The notes: generated by a model not told the origin, from the letters alone. Counted from the first letter of the stretch, positions 9,499 to 19,187 are shown. The stretch: 64,000 nucleotides of DNA from Thermoleophilia bacterium (GCA_025934255.1 JAICYJ010000008.1:12209-76208), one strand, 5' to 3'. Translations and numbers: made by a program.

Positions 9499-10935
9499 TC
9501 AGGCCGGTCGAGCGGCAACGTCAGTTCGCGTTTCGGGCTGACCTGCATCTCTGGGCAGGCGAAGCGCCGCGACCAGCCCGAGCAGGGCGAACCCGACCAG
9601 CACGATCATCGCGACGACGTATGACCTGGTTCCCAGCGAGACAGCGGAGACGAGGATCGTGCCGGCGATCGCCGTGCCGAACGATGAGCCGAGGTTGGAG
9701 ACGCTGCGGGAGAGACCCGAGATCTCGCCCTGCATCTCCTCAGGAAAGCTCGACTGGACGACATTCACCGAAGGCGTCAGCATGGCGCCCACGCCGAGCC
9801 CAAACAGGAACAGCCCCAGCAGGAACGCGACCGCTCGCTGGGAGGTGTCGACGAACGGGATCATGAGCACCAAGCCGACGAGCGCCGCGAGGAACCCGGC
9901 GGCGATCAGCGCCCGCTGGGGGTACCGAGCCACGAGGCCGCGTGCTGCAAACGAGGAGATCAGGATGCCGGCCGTCGCCGACGTGAAGATCAGCCCGGTC
10001 CTGATCGGGCTGTAGCCGTGCACCTCCTGCAGGTAGACCGAGACGACGAACGAGGTTCCCATCATGATCAGCCACTGGAGGTTCTGGGTGACCAACGCGA
10101 CGTTGCAGACGCGGTTTCGGAACAGACCGGTCGAGAGCAGCGGTTCCTGGCCAAGGCGTTCCAGCCTGCGGATGTAGGCGTAGAACCCGAGCAGGAGCGC
10201 GATGCCGATCGCCACGAAGGCGACGAACAGTGCGTTGTTGACGCCGGCTTGCAGGATGCCGAGCACGACGAAGAACATCCCGACCGCGGACAGGATGGCG
10301 CCCACCAGGTCGAAGGGACGGTTCGGATCAGCGGGTAGCGGATCGCTCAGGTTGCGGCTGAGCAGGATGATGATGGCCACGATCAGCGCCTGGAAGACGA
10401 ACGCCGCGCGCCAGTCGATCCAGGTGGCGATCACCCCGCCGATCAGCGGCCCGGCCGCGGCGCCGAAGCCCCCCATTCCGCTGATCGCGCCGAACGCCCA
10501 CGCCCGCGAGGTGGTGTCGGTGAACCAGAGCGTCGCCAGGATGTACACCGGCGGGATCAAGAACGCCGTGCCCACTCCCTCCAGGATCGAGTTGCCGACG
10601 ATCAGCACCCCCAGCCCGGGCGCGATCGCGCTCAGCAGAGCACCGATGCCGAACAGCGCCAACCCCCCGATCAGGCACCGCTTCCGGCCCCACCGGTCGG
10701 TCAGCTTGCTGCAGGGGATCATCAGGATCGCCATCGTCAGCAGGAACAGGGTGATCACGGTCTGCACACCCTTCACGTCGGTGTTCAGATCGTCGCTGAT
10801 GTCGGCGATCATCACGTTCATGTTCGAGCCCGCGAAGCTGCAGATGAACTGGGCGAGCGCTAGCGGCGCGATCAATCGGCGGGCGCTACGGAGCGCCTCG
10901 CCGGTGGCCCGGCCCTCTGCCGCCGAGGAGCTCAT
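9499..10935 (-). CDS. MFS transporter
   Basis: KLTDRWGRKR motif A; GPLIGG; about 14 TM. Confidence 0.92.
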   Translation of the reverse strand: MSSSAAEGRATGEALRSARRLIAPLALAQFICSFAGSNMNVMIADISDDLNTDVKGVQTVITLFLLTMAILMIPCSKLTDRWGRKRCLIGGLALFGIGALLSAIAPGLGVLIVGNSILEGVGTAFLIPPVYILATLWFTDTTSRAWAFGAISGMGGFGAAAGPLIGGVIATWIDWRAAFVFQALIVAIIILLSRNLSDPLPADPNRPFDLVGAILSAVGMFFVVLGILQAGVNNALFVAFVAIGIALLLGFYAYIRRLERLGQEPLLSTGLFRNRVCNVALVTQNLQWLIMMGTSFVVSVYLQEVHGYSPIRTGLIFTSATAGILISSFAARGLVARYPQRALIAAGFLAALVGLVLMIPFVDTSQRAVAFLLGLFLFGLGVGAMLTPSVNVVQSSFPEEMQGEISGLSRSVSNLGSSFGTAIAGTILVSAVSLGTRSYVVAMIVLVGFALLGLVAALRLPRDAGQPETRTDVAARPA

Positions 10936-11055
10936 CCGCGAGCCTCCGGGTCGGCACTGCAGGATTGCGCGATTGACACGACGCCGCCCGTCCTTTCCGT
11001 CGACCCGCCCACCCTAGCCAAACGCGGCTCGCGTGAACAACGATCTCTAGGCCGG

Positions 11056-11577
11056 CTAGGGCTGCTCGCCCTTGTTGCGCAACTCGTTCAGGTAGGCCTC
11101 GCCGCCGTACAGGCTCATGCGCCCGTCGCCGTCGCCGCCGCCGGCCGCGCTCGAACCGCCGATGATGGTGGCGGTCACGACGATGCCGAGTACGGTCAGG
11201 CCCAGCGACAGCACCCCGAACGCCGGCAACAGGCCGACGCCGCCGCCGGCATCGAGGTTCGACTGCACAGCCGACCGCAGCAGCACCAGGGTGCCGACCA
11301 CCGAGATCAGGTTACCGATCAGCGCGGCGATGAACGTCGTGCCGAACCCGACCCGGACATCCGAGAGCGGGGGCAGCAACACCAGCAGCACCAGGCCCGT
11401 GACCGCCGCCTGCGTGGCGCCGCCGATCAGCACCACCAGCGCCCAGTTATCCGCCAGCAAGTGTGGGCCGGTGCCGCCCAGGATCACCGGCAGGAACACC
11501 AGGCCGGACGCGATCCGGCCGACGAAGCCGGCCACAAAGCCGCTGATAACGACGGTTACCCAGATAGGCAGGTTCAT
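11056..11577 (-). CDS. Hypothetical membrane protein
   Basis: 4-5 hydrophobic segments; start MNLPIW uncertain. Confidence 0.6.
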   Translation of the reverse strand: MNLPIWVTVVISGFVAGFVGRIASGLVFLPVILGGTGPHLLADNWALVVLIGGATQAAVTGLVLLVLLPPLSDVRVGFGTTFIAALIGNLISVVGTLVLLRSAVQSNLDAGGGVGLLPAFGVLSLGLTVLGIVVTATIIGGSSAAGGGDGDGRMSLYGGEAYLNELRNKGEQP

Positions 11578-11669
11578 CAAAGGGACTCCAGGGCGCCAGA
11601 TCGGCAAGTTGCACACTCAACTTGAGCGGGCGGGCACGAGAAAAACCCAGGGCGTACACTCGCCCAGCC

Positions 11670-14600
11670 GTGAGTGACGAGGGCTCCGAGACCGCCGTTC
11701 GCACGTTCCTGATCGCGGACATCCGCGGGTACACGACCTTCACACAAGCCGAGGGGGACGAGGCGGCGGGCCGGCTGGCAACGCGGTTCGCGCAGGTGGT
11801 GCGTGAGGAGATCGAGCGGCACGGCGGATCCGTCCTCGAACTGCGCGGCGACGAGGCGATGTGCACCTTCGGATCGCCCCGCGGGGCGATCCGTGCCGCC
11901 GTCGCGCTGCAGCAGCGGTGTGCGGAGGAGATCCGTGCCGATCCGGCGCTGCCCCTGCGTCTCGGCATCGGCATCGACGTCGGGGAGGCCGTCGCCGTCG
12001 AAGGCGGGTATCGCGGTGGTGCGCTCAACCTTGCCGCCCGTCTCTGCTCGCAGGCCGCCGCCGGTGAGGTACTGGTCAGCGAGGGCGTCGTTCACCTCGC
12101 CCGCCGCGTCGACGAGCTGGTGTTCGTCGACCGCGGGCGAATCGCGCTCAAAGGCATGGCCGAGCCAGTGCGTGTGATGCAGGTTGGCTTCGAGCTCGAC
12201 CTGCCGGCTGAAACCGCGCCGTTATCGCACCGGCGCCTGACTCGAGGCCGCATCGCCGCGCTCGCGGCGGCTGCGGTCGTCGCCGCCGGCGCTAGCCTGC
12301 TCGCAGGCCTGCGTGGCGACGGGTCGGCTCTAGCGCTCGACGCGAACGCGGTCGCCTCCCTGAACTCCTCGGGCTCGGTCGTAACGCAGACATTGCTGCC
12401 CAGCGGCGGCCTCCCGGCCAGCATCACGTCCGGGAACGGTTCGATCTGGGTCACGAATGCCGGCTCGGCCGTCGCCATGAAGATCGATCCGGCGACCGGG
12501 GCCGTCGTCGGCACCACGCAGCCCGTCGGCACCGCGCCGTCCGGCATCGCCGTCGGCGGCGGTGGCGTGTGGGTCGCCGACTCGGCCAGCGCGACCGTTC
12601 GCTGGATCAGCGTTTCCGCGCTGACGACGATGCCGGCGCGGATCCATGTCGGCCAGGGTCCCGGCCCGATCGCCTTCGGCGGCGGGGCGGCCTGGGTCGT
12701 CAACACCATCGACGGCACGCTGCAGCGTCTGCAGGGCCCCGGGAAGGCTCCGTCAGCCGCCATCCCGATCGGGGCGGAGCCGACCGCGGTGGCCGTCGCG
12801 TACGGTTCGGTCTGGGTCTCGGATGCGGCCACCTACTCGGTCGTCCGGCTCGATGCCGGGACGCGAGAGGTGACGGATCGCGTCACGGTCGGCAACGGCC
12901 CGGCGGCGATCACGTCCGGTGGCGGCGCGATCTGGGTTGCCAATGCTGTCGACGGCACCGTCACCCGCGTCGACCCGTCGAACGACGCCACGCGGACGAT
13001 CGCGGTTGGCGGCAAGCCGATCGGCATCGCCTTCGCAGGCGGCTCCGTATGGGTTGCGATCGACGACCCGAACGAGACGGCCCGCATCGACTCGGGCTCC
13101 CTGTCTGTGACCACCTCACCGCTGGCGAGCCCGCCGCAGAGCATTGCGGCCATCGCTGACCAGCCCTGGATCACGTCCGTGGCCGCACCGGCCAGCCACC
13201 GAGGCGGCACGCTCCGCGTCCTCTTCGGCGGTTCGGTTGGCAACTCGCCGTTTGGCGCCGGCTACCACCCCTTCGACCCGGGCGCAGCCCCGTACTCCGT
13301 GCACTTCAGCCTGCTGCGCATGACCAACGACGGGTTGCTGGCCCTCCGTCGTATAGGTGGCGCCGGCGGTTTCCAGCTCGTCCCCGATCTGGCTGTTGCC
13401 ATGCCCGCCGTCAGCGACGGTGGGCGCACGCTCACGTTCCGGCTGCGTCGCGACATCCACTATTCCAACGGCGACCTCGTCAAGCCGTCCGACTTCCTGT
13501 TCGCCGTCAGGCGCCAGTACAGGGACCCGCCGGTGTCCTACGGCACGAGCTTCCTCACCGACATCGTCGGCGCGGACGCCTGCACCAACAGGCCATCGAC
13601 CTGCGGCGCCGCGCTTGCAGCCGGCATCGTGCCGGACGACCGTGCGAACACGCTCACGATCCATCTCGTGCAGCCCGACTCGAGCGTGGCGTACGAGCTG
13701 GCGACCACCTTCGCCGACCTACTTCCTCCCGACTCACCGCCCATCGACAGCGGCAAGCCGGTGCCATCGACCGGGCCCTATATGGTCGAGAAGGCCGGGG
13801 CGAAATCGGTCACGCTCGTCCGCAACCCGCGGTTCCATCAATGGAGCTTTGACGCCCAGCCGGAGGGGTTCCCGGACAGGATCGAGTGGACCTTTCAGCC
13901 CGACGACGGCAAGGCGCTGACGGCGATCGAGCGCGGGCAGGCGGACGTGATGCTCGAACCGCCACCGCCGAATCGCCTCACCGAGCTGCGCACCCGCTAT
14001 GCGGTGCTCGCGCACCTGTATGCCGGGGAATCGACCTTCTATCTCGGCCTGAACTCCCAGGTGCGGCCGTTCTCGAGCCTCGCAGCCCGGCAGGCACTCA
14101 ACTTCGCGATCGATCGCGGCGGCTTCGGCGCGTTCGGCGCCGTGGTGCAGACACCGACCTGTCAGGTGCTCCCGCCGGGGATGTTCGGGTACTCGCCCTA
14201 CTGCCCATATACCAAGGACGTCAATCCGACCAGTGGCGCCTGGCGTGCGCCTGACATGAAGCGAGCCCACGCGCTGGTGGCGCAGTCGGGCACGCGCGGA
14301 AGCCCCGTCCAGCTGTGGTCGTGCAGCTGCCTGGGCATCTCGCGGCCCGAGGCGACTTTCGTGGCCGGACAGCTGGCGAAGCTCGGCTATCGGGTGACGA
14401 ACGATTGGACCACCGACTACGGCCGCATCTCACAGGCCGTCTCGAACACGCGGGCGCCGATCGTCAACATCGAGGGCTGGGTGGCGGATTTCCCACACCC
14501 TTCCGACTTCTTCGATCCGCTTCTCGAATGCGGGTCGACGGTGGTGGAGCCGTCGACGAAGTTTTGCGACCCGCATCTGGACGCTCTGGTGGCGAGAGCC

Positions 14601-14807
14601 AAACGTACCGCCGGGGCGACATCGTTGAACCTGTGGCGCGAGGCCGATCGCGAGGCCGTCGACCAGGCTGCCTGGGTGCCGGTCACCAACCAGGGCGGCA
14701 TCGACGTCGTCGGCGCGCGCGTGGGTAACTACCAGCACCACCTGCAGCTGGGCATCCTGCTCGACCAGCTGTGGGTGCGCGCCGCTCCCGCGTCGACGTC
14801 GAGGTAG
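11670..14807 (+). CDS. Class III nucleotide cyclase - TM - beta-propeller - family 5 solute-binding domain fusion
   Basis: FLIADIRGYT, RGDE, LNLAARL; one TM helix; repeated P..IA.GGG..WV.N blades; PDLA..SDGGRTLTFRLR and STGPY SBP5 motifs. Confidence 0.88.
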   Translation: MSDEGSETAVRTFLIADIRGYTTFTQAEGDEAAGRLATRFAQVVREEIERHGGSVLELRGDEAMCTFGSPRGAIRAAVALQQRCAEEIRADPALPLRLGIGIDVGEAVAVEGGYRGGALNLAARLCSQAAAGEVLVSEGVVHLARRVDELVFVDRGRIALKGMAEPVRVMQVGFELDLPAETAPLSHRRLTRGRIAALAAAAVVAAGASLLAGLRGDGSALALDANAVASLNSSGSVVTQTLLPSGGLPASITSGNGSIWVTNAGSAVAMKIDPATGAVVGTTQPVGTAPSGIAVGGGGVWVADSASATVRWISVSALTTMPARIHVGQGPGPIAFGGGAAWVVNTIDGTLQRLQGPGKAPSAAIPIGAEPTAVAVAYGSVWVSDAATYSVVRLDAGTREVTDRVTVGNGPAAITSGGGAIWVANAVDGTVTRVDPSNDATRTIAVGGKPIGIAFAGGSVWVAIDDPNETARIDSGSLSVTTSPLASPPQSIAAIADQPWITSVAAPASHRGGTLRVLFGGSVGNSPFGAGYHPFDPGAAPYSVHFSLLRMTNDGLLALRRIGGAGGFQLVPDLAVAMPAVSDGGRTLTFRLRRDIHYSNGDLVKPSDFLFAVRRQYRDPPVSYGTSFLTDIVGADACTNRPSTCGAALAAGIVPDDRANTLTIHLVQPDSSVAYELATTFADLLPPDSPPIDSGKPVPSTGPYMVEKAGAKSVTLVRNPRFHQWSFDAQPEGFPDRIEWTFQPDDGKALTAIERGQADVMLEPPPPNRLTELRTRYAVLAHLYAGESTFYLGLNSQVRPFSSLAARQALNFAIDRGGFGAFGAVVQTPTCQVLPPGMFGYSPYCPYTKDVNPTSGAWRAPDMKRAHALVAQSGTRGSPVQLWSCSCLGISRPEATFVAGQLAKLGYRVTNDWTTDYGRISQAVSNTRAPIVNIEGWVADFPHPSDFFDPLLECGSTVVEPSTKFCDPHLDALVARAKRTAGATSLNLWREADREAVDQAAWVPVTNQGGIDVVGARVGNYQHHLQLGILLDQLWVRAAPASTSR

Positions 14808-14852
14808 GGCTGTTCTCCGATTCGTCTGGCCCGCTGTCAGACTCAGATCCGC

Positions 14853-14898
14853 GGGGCCTGCTGGACCCTTACGTGGGGTCTGCTGGACCCCTTACGTG
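14853..14898. repeat. Tandem 22-bp-period direct repeat
   Basis: ctgctggacccttacgtgg identical at 14858-14876 and 14880-14898. Confidence 0.9.
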
Positions 14899-15087
14899 GC
14901 ATGCTCGGAAACGGCTCAACCAGGAGGCTCTGGAGGTGATCTGGACTAGGGGGCCGAACTCGGGGCGTTGGGTTGCTGCCCTGTCTATCTCCGAGGCAGA
15001 TGTACTGTCCGCTCGAGCAGCGCCTGTCCAGGCGCCAGACTGGCGCCGGCTGCTTTCGGCGCGCACCCGAGCGGCAGCGGCGCTCTG

Positions 15088-16548
15088 TCAGACCCCATGC
15101 AGGGCCATGAGATCGCGGACAAGCTCGTCTACATCGACCATGACCACGTCTTCTCGCTCTGTCGCGGCGGTAATGAGTGTTGGGCTGAATCCCGAGCGGG
15201 AGAAGAGCGCGATCTTGGCGGTTGATGCGATCCGTGCGCCGTCCTGGCGCAGGGCGGGGATCTTGAATGTATCGAGGTCGGTGAGCACGTCTAGGCCCAG
15301 AGGGCGGTTCGTCCACTTGCCCTCACCGATCAGCGAGACCGCTCCGCGGGTGAGACCGACGACGTCGATCTCCTCGCTTTGTCTTGTGCCTTCGCGCCTG
15401 AGGTTATTGAGAGCATTCCCCCACCAGGCGCCGACTTTGGTCGCTCGGCCGGTGGTGAGCGCCCATTGCCGGCAGAGCAGCTCGAAAGTGGGACTGATGT
15501 GGTCAGCCAGTAGATCGGCGATCTCGGCGTCGTAGAGTATTCGGGGTGCAAGGCCGGTCTTGAGCTCCTCCTGGAAGGGGAACACGAACCGAAACCAGAA
15601 CCGCATGAAGTCGTCGGCCAGGCGATAGCGGTAGCCGCGTTCGTCGTCACGTGCGGTCACGGGGGCGGTTCGCTCGACGATCCGCATCTCGCGCAGCGTG
15701 TCCAAGTACCCCTGAAGGTCGCTGGTCTTGCGGCCGAGGGCGGAGCCGAAGTCGGCGAGCGACTTCTTGCCGGTGGACAGCTCCTCAAGCAGTGAGTAGT
15801 AAACGCCTGGGGTGCGCAACTGCTCTTCGAGCACTTCTCGAGGATCGTTGAACAGTGGCCCGCGGGGATCGAGCACACGCGTGCAGATACGGTCGCGCAG
15901 CGACCCGCCTCGTGCCAGCTCGTCCAGATAGAGGCTCATCCCGCCCGAGACGGCGTACCGCTCGATCCGCTCAGTCGCCGAGGTGTCGCCGGCCAGGAAG
16001 GCCTGCGCATCGTCAAACGCCAGCGGGTCGACCAACATCGGCGCCAGGCGGCCGCGCAGCGGTCCGCGTAGCAGCCTCTCCATCTGGCTGATATAGGAGC
16101 CACACAGCACTAGCTTGAGCTGCGAGGCGTCGCGCTCCTCCATCACGGCCTGGATCGCGGTCAAGACTTGGTCTCGATCCTTTTCGCGGGCCGGCAGCAG
16201 GTAGGGGAACTCGTCGATCACGACGACCAGTTTTTGATCCGCCGCCAGCGCGTACAGCGCTTCGATCAGCGCCGGCGCCCCGTCCAGCACAGGGCGCACG
16301 CCGAGCAGTGGTTCGAGTCTGTCGGCGAACCGCTCCAGCTGCGGCGCCTCGGCACGGCGATCGGCCACCAGTAGGATGGCTGGCTTGCCGTGGGCGAACT
16401 GGCGAAACAGCCATGACTTACCGACCCGGCGTCGACCATACAGCGCGAGGGCGTTGCGCTCTGAGCCCGACCACCAATCCTCCAGCCGCTCGAGATCGGC
16501 GGCGCGATTGAGGAAGCGATCGCGGGCTGGGAATGAGAACGAATCCAT
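15088..16548 (-). CDS. AAA ATPase (archaeal-type) with wHTH and C-terminal DUF234-like PD-(D/E)xK nuclease domain
   Basis: Walker A YGRRRVGKS, Walker B VVIDEFPYL, LCGS, D.FMRFWFRF, EIDVV..GEGKW; TATAAT upstream. Confidence 0.88.
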   Translation of the reverse strand: MDSFSFPARDRFLNRAADLERLEDWWSGSERNALALYGRRRVGKSWLFRQFAHGKPAILLVADRRAEAPQLERFADRLEPLLGVRPVLDGAPALIEALYALAADQKLVVVIDEFPYLLPAREKDRDQVLTAIQAVMEERDASQLKLVLCGSYISQMERLLRGPLRGRLAPMLVDPLAFDDAQAFLAGDTSATERIERYAVSGGMSLYLDELARGGSLRDRICTRVLDPRGPLFNDPREVLEEQLRTPGVYYSLLEELSTGKKSLADFGSALGRKTSDLQGYLDTLREMRIVERTAPVTARDDERGYRYRLADDFMRFWFRFVFPFQEELKTGLAPRILYDAEIADLLADHISPTFELLCRQWALTTGRATKVGAWWGNALNNLRREGTRQSEEIDVVGLTRGAVSLIGEGKWTNRPLGLDVLTDLDTFKIPALRQDGARIASTAKIALFSRSGFSPTLITAATEREDVVMVDVDELVRDLMALHGV

Positions 16549-16668
16549 AGGTTCTAGAACATTATATTCCAAAACCTACGGATCGCAACCGATCTCCCGA
16601 AGCCCGCCGGCGCTGAACGACTCGTTTAGCGGGTCAGCGATCCCGTTCCGCCGGCGGCCGGTGCACGC
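16545..16668. repeat. Structured non-coding element, copy 1
   Basis: 12-7-12 palindrome (16548-16578) plus hairpin block 16611-16668; homologous to 17140-17312. Confidence 0.7.
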
Positions 16669-16712
16669 CGGCCTGCGGGGCGGAGCGAGCTAGTCGTCAA
16701 GCTCATCCGGGT

Positions 16713-17042
16713 TCACTTCGCCATGATCTCCCAGAGCCCGGTCTCGCCGACTGGCTGGATCTCCATGGGCGGCGAGATGCCCCACCGCGCACACGGCAGC
16801 AGCAGGGCAAGCTGAAGCACCGCAAGCGGCGAGGCAGCCACCCAATCGGTCGCCATCTCGCAGTCCTCACACAGATATCGGGTATGCGGGACGCCACCGA
16901 TCACCTCGTCCTCGCAGAATACCCGGTGTGCTTCGGGCGCGTGGGCATCACAGTAGGCCATGCCGAACATCGCTACGGTGGCGTAGGCGCCGCATGCGCA
17001 GCGCAGCACACCCGAGGCCGCCGAGTCACCAGGCCACTCCAT
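16713..17042 (-). CDS. Small Cys-rich hypothetical protein (putative Zn-binding)
   Basis: CxC, CxxH and CxxC motifs; TAGCGT-N6-ATG leaderless start. Confidence 0.55.
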   Translation of the reverse strand: MEWPGDSAASGVLRCACGAYATVAMFGMAYCDAHAPEAHRVFCEDEVIGGVPHTRYLCEDCEMATDWVAASPLAVLQLALLLPCARWGISPPMEIQPVGETGLWEIMAK

Positions 17043-17139
17043 ACCGCCACGCTACGACGGCCAGCGGGGCGCCGCTCGGTTTGTTCTTTTCGTGGTCGCG
17101 ATCGCGCGGCCGCAGTCCGTGTAGGCGCCCGCCAGCGCC

Positions 17140-17312
17140 CCATCGGTGCTGGCACATTATGTTCTACAACCTACACAGCTGGGCCGGGACTCGGAGCGGG
17201 CAGCGATTCAGCGATCCACTCGCCGGCCAGCCGCGGATCGACAGGATCGCGGAATCGCTGACGACTCGTCTCAGCAGGCCAGCGATCCGTACGCCAGCGA
17301 CCGGTCGCACGC
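17140..17312. repeat. Structured non-coding element, copy 2
   Basis: 28/35 identity to 16545-16579; 17256-17312 aligns to 16611-16668; extra 17-bp stem 17201-17217/17244-17260. Confidence 0.7.
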
Positions 17313-17378
17313 GGCGGCGACGTCAGCGTCGAAGCGTCATCGTGACAGCGTGCCAGCGCGTGGAGGTCGTGTCGACCG

Positions 17379-17434
17379 CCCCCAAGACGACCACGAAAAC
17401 GTCATAGCCGTCGTTATCGTGCCAGTTTTGGGGG
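17379..17434. repeat. REP-like long imperfect hairpin
   Basis: cccccaagac/gttttggggg and cacgaaaacg/cgttatcgtg stems. Confidence 0.55.
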
Positions 17435-17549
17435 TGCTCGCCGCGGCCGATCCTGCGCGTACGCTGCGCATCGCCCGACTTCGAGAAGTGCCTGGGCGGG
17501 CAGGAGTGGGACTGTCATAGTGACCCCACGCCTCGAGGAACGACCGTGG

Positions 17550-18170
17550 TCAGATCCGGGTGATGGCGGCGTGCCAGGCCTGGACGCCGGCAGGGTCAAG
17601 CGTGACGTCGAAGGTCGCCGCCTCGATCGAGTCCACCCGCCAGCCGCGCGCAAAGCTCGAGCGGATCTCCTCCTGGCTGATGCGCCGCGGGCCCCAGTCG
17701 CCCGGCTGGCGGTCGCTGAAGCACAGCAGGTGATAACGGGCCCCGGGCTCGGTCACCGAGGCCAGACTCTCGACGAAGCGAGCGCGGTCATCATCCCCGA
17801 ACACGTGGAAGAGCCCGCTATCGAGCACCGTGTCGAACCGCTCACTCAGCGAGCCGAGGTCAAGCGCATCCCACACCGCGAAGCGCACGGTCAGCCCGCG
17901 CTCGCGCGCCTTCGCCTGGGCGATGGCGATCGCCGCCGGCGCTGCGTCGATCCCGGTCGTGTCAAGCCCGCGCTCGGCCGCCATCAGTGCGTGCTCGCCC
18001 GTCCCGCAACCCACGTCCAGCACGCGGCCTCGCAAGGCGCCTGCGTCAGCCAGCTCCAGGAACGCCGGCTGCGGGCGCCCGATATCCCACGGCGGCGCAC
18101 CCGCATACATCGCGTTGAATCCCCCGGAACTCCTCTCCGTTCGCGCGCCAGGTGCCTGCTCGCCATCCAC
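17550..18170 (-). CDS. Class I SAM-dependent methyltransferase
   Basis: PPWDIGRPQP, VLDVGCGTGE, FDTVLDSGLFH; start uncertain. Confidence 0.9.
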   Translation of the reverse strand: MDGEQAPGARTERSSGGFNAMYAGAPPWDIGRPQPAFLELADAGALRGRVLDVGCGTGEHALMAAERGLDTTGIDAAPAAIAIAQAKARERGLTVRFAVWDALDLGSLSERFDTVLDSGLFHVFGDDDRARFVESLASVTEPGARYHLLCFSDRQPGDWGPRRISQEEIRSSFARGWRVDSIEAATFDVTLDPAGVQAWHAAITRI

Positions 18171-18338
18171 GAACGGATAATGCACCAGCCCAAGCGACCG
18201 GCACGACCTCTCCGGCCCAGAGGGTGGACGGCTATTCAGGTCGAGCGATCCGACGATCACGACTAGCCACGCTGGCGCCGCGTTCCGCTCCCCCGGCCGA
18301 CCTTGATCGGAGGTTGCCGCGGCCGAAGCGGCGTCGGG

Positions 18339-18656
18339 CTAGGTCGCGCGCGCCGCCTCAGTGACGACGAGGTTGTGAATCTCGAACACCTGCGGCTGGG
18401 CACCGGGAGGCGCGCCGAGTTCCTGCAGAGCGGGCATCAGTCGCTCTTGCACGAACCGGTCAAAGTGCGGTTGAGACGCCCAGATGTCATAGACGTACCA
18501 CCCGTCCGGGGTGGGGCCGGCGCTGTGCATGATCAACCCGTCTGGAGCCTCCGCTGAGGAGAAGTCGCTGGAACGCACTCCGAACATCTTCTCCCCGATC
18601 TGCTCGTACTGCTGCTCAGTTCCGCCCGTCATCATCTGCAGGACTCCGATTGGCAT
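18339..18656 (-). CDS. Hypothetical single ABM/ferredoxin-like domain protein
   Basis: PDGLIMHSAG..GWYVYDIWAS..F.RF; RBS ggaggg; paralog of 8828-9421. Confidence 0.75.
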   Translation of the reverse strand: MPIGVLQMMTGGTEQQYEQIGEKMFGVRSSDFSSAEAPDGLIMHSAGPTPDGWYVYDIWASQPHFDRFVQERLMPALQELGAPPGAQPQVFEIHNLVVTEAARAT

Positions 18657-18818
18657 GTCCCCTCCGTTTTCGGGTAGTTGGTACCCAAGGACTCAAGCTG
18701 GAATCCAGCCTGCGGCAAAGACCCTATCCCCGGAAGGCGCACCTTGCAATTCCTGGTGCAAGCGGCCGGCGCCAATGCGGCCACGCGTAGGCGCCACCAC
18801 CGCCGGCGAGTACGCCGA

Positions 18819-19187
18819 CTACTGCCGCAGCGTGATCGTGACGGCATCCGCCGCTGGACAGGCGCGATAGGAGACGGCGTCGACCGCGGCTGTCTGGCAG
18901 GCGCGAGAATCTGACGCCTCGGCGGGAAGATCCGCCACGCTCACCGTCTTGAACGCCGGCACGCTTGCGTGCTCGTGCAGCCCAAGGCTCGCCCCGACCG
19001 CGGATACGCGCGGATCAATCAGCGTCCCAGCGCGGGAGAAGATCGGCGGCTTACCTACGGCCATCACGATCCGGTCGGCGCCGCTCGCCGCGGCATAGCG
19101 GACGACGGCGGTCACCGTCGGGCGCTGCTGGAGTTGTGCCGCCTGGGCACGGGCGGTGTCGTAGGCGCCCGCCGCTTCCCTCGCCTG
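18819..19187 (-). pseudogene. 3' fragment of an unknown gene
   Basis: Frame is open and protein-like (AREAAGAYDTARAQ...TITLRQ) up to about 19187, with no evident native start. Confidence 0.4.

Noticed and set aside
15005-15077. Multi-stem structured ncRNA
   Set aside because: Nested stems exist, but the sequence is very GC-rich and lies between convergent genes; terminator or chance folding is sufficient
17140-17167. Chromosomal dif site (contains acattatgt)
   Set aside because: The left arm lacks the ATAA XerC half-site and the right arm only partly matches; kept only as part of the repeated element
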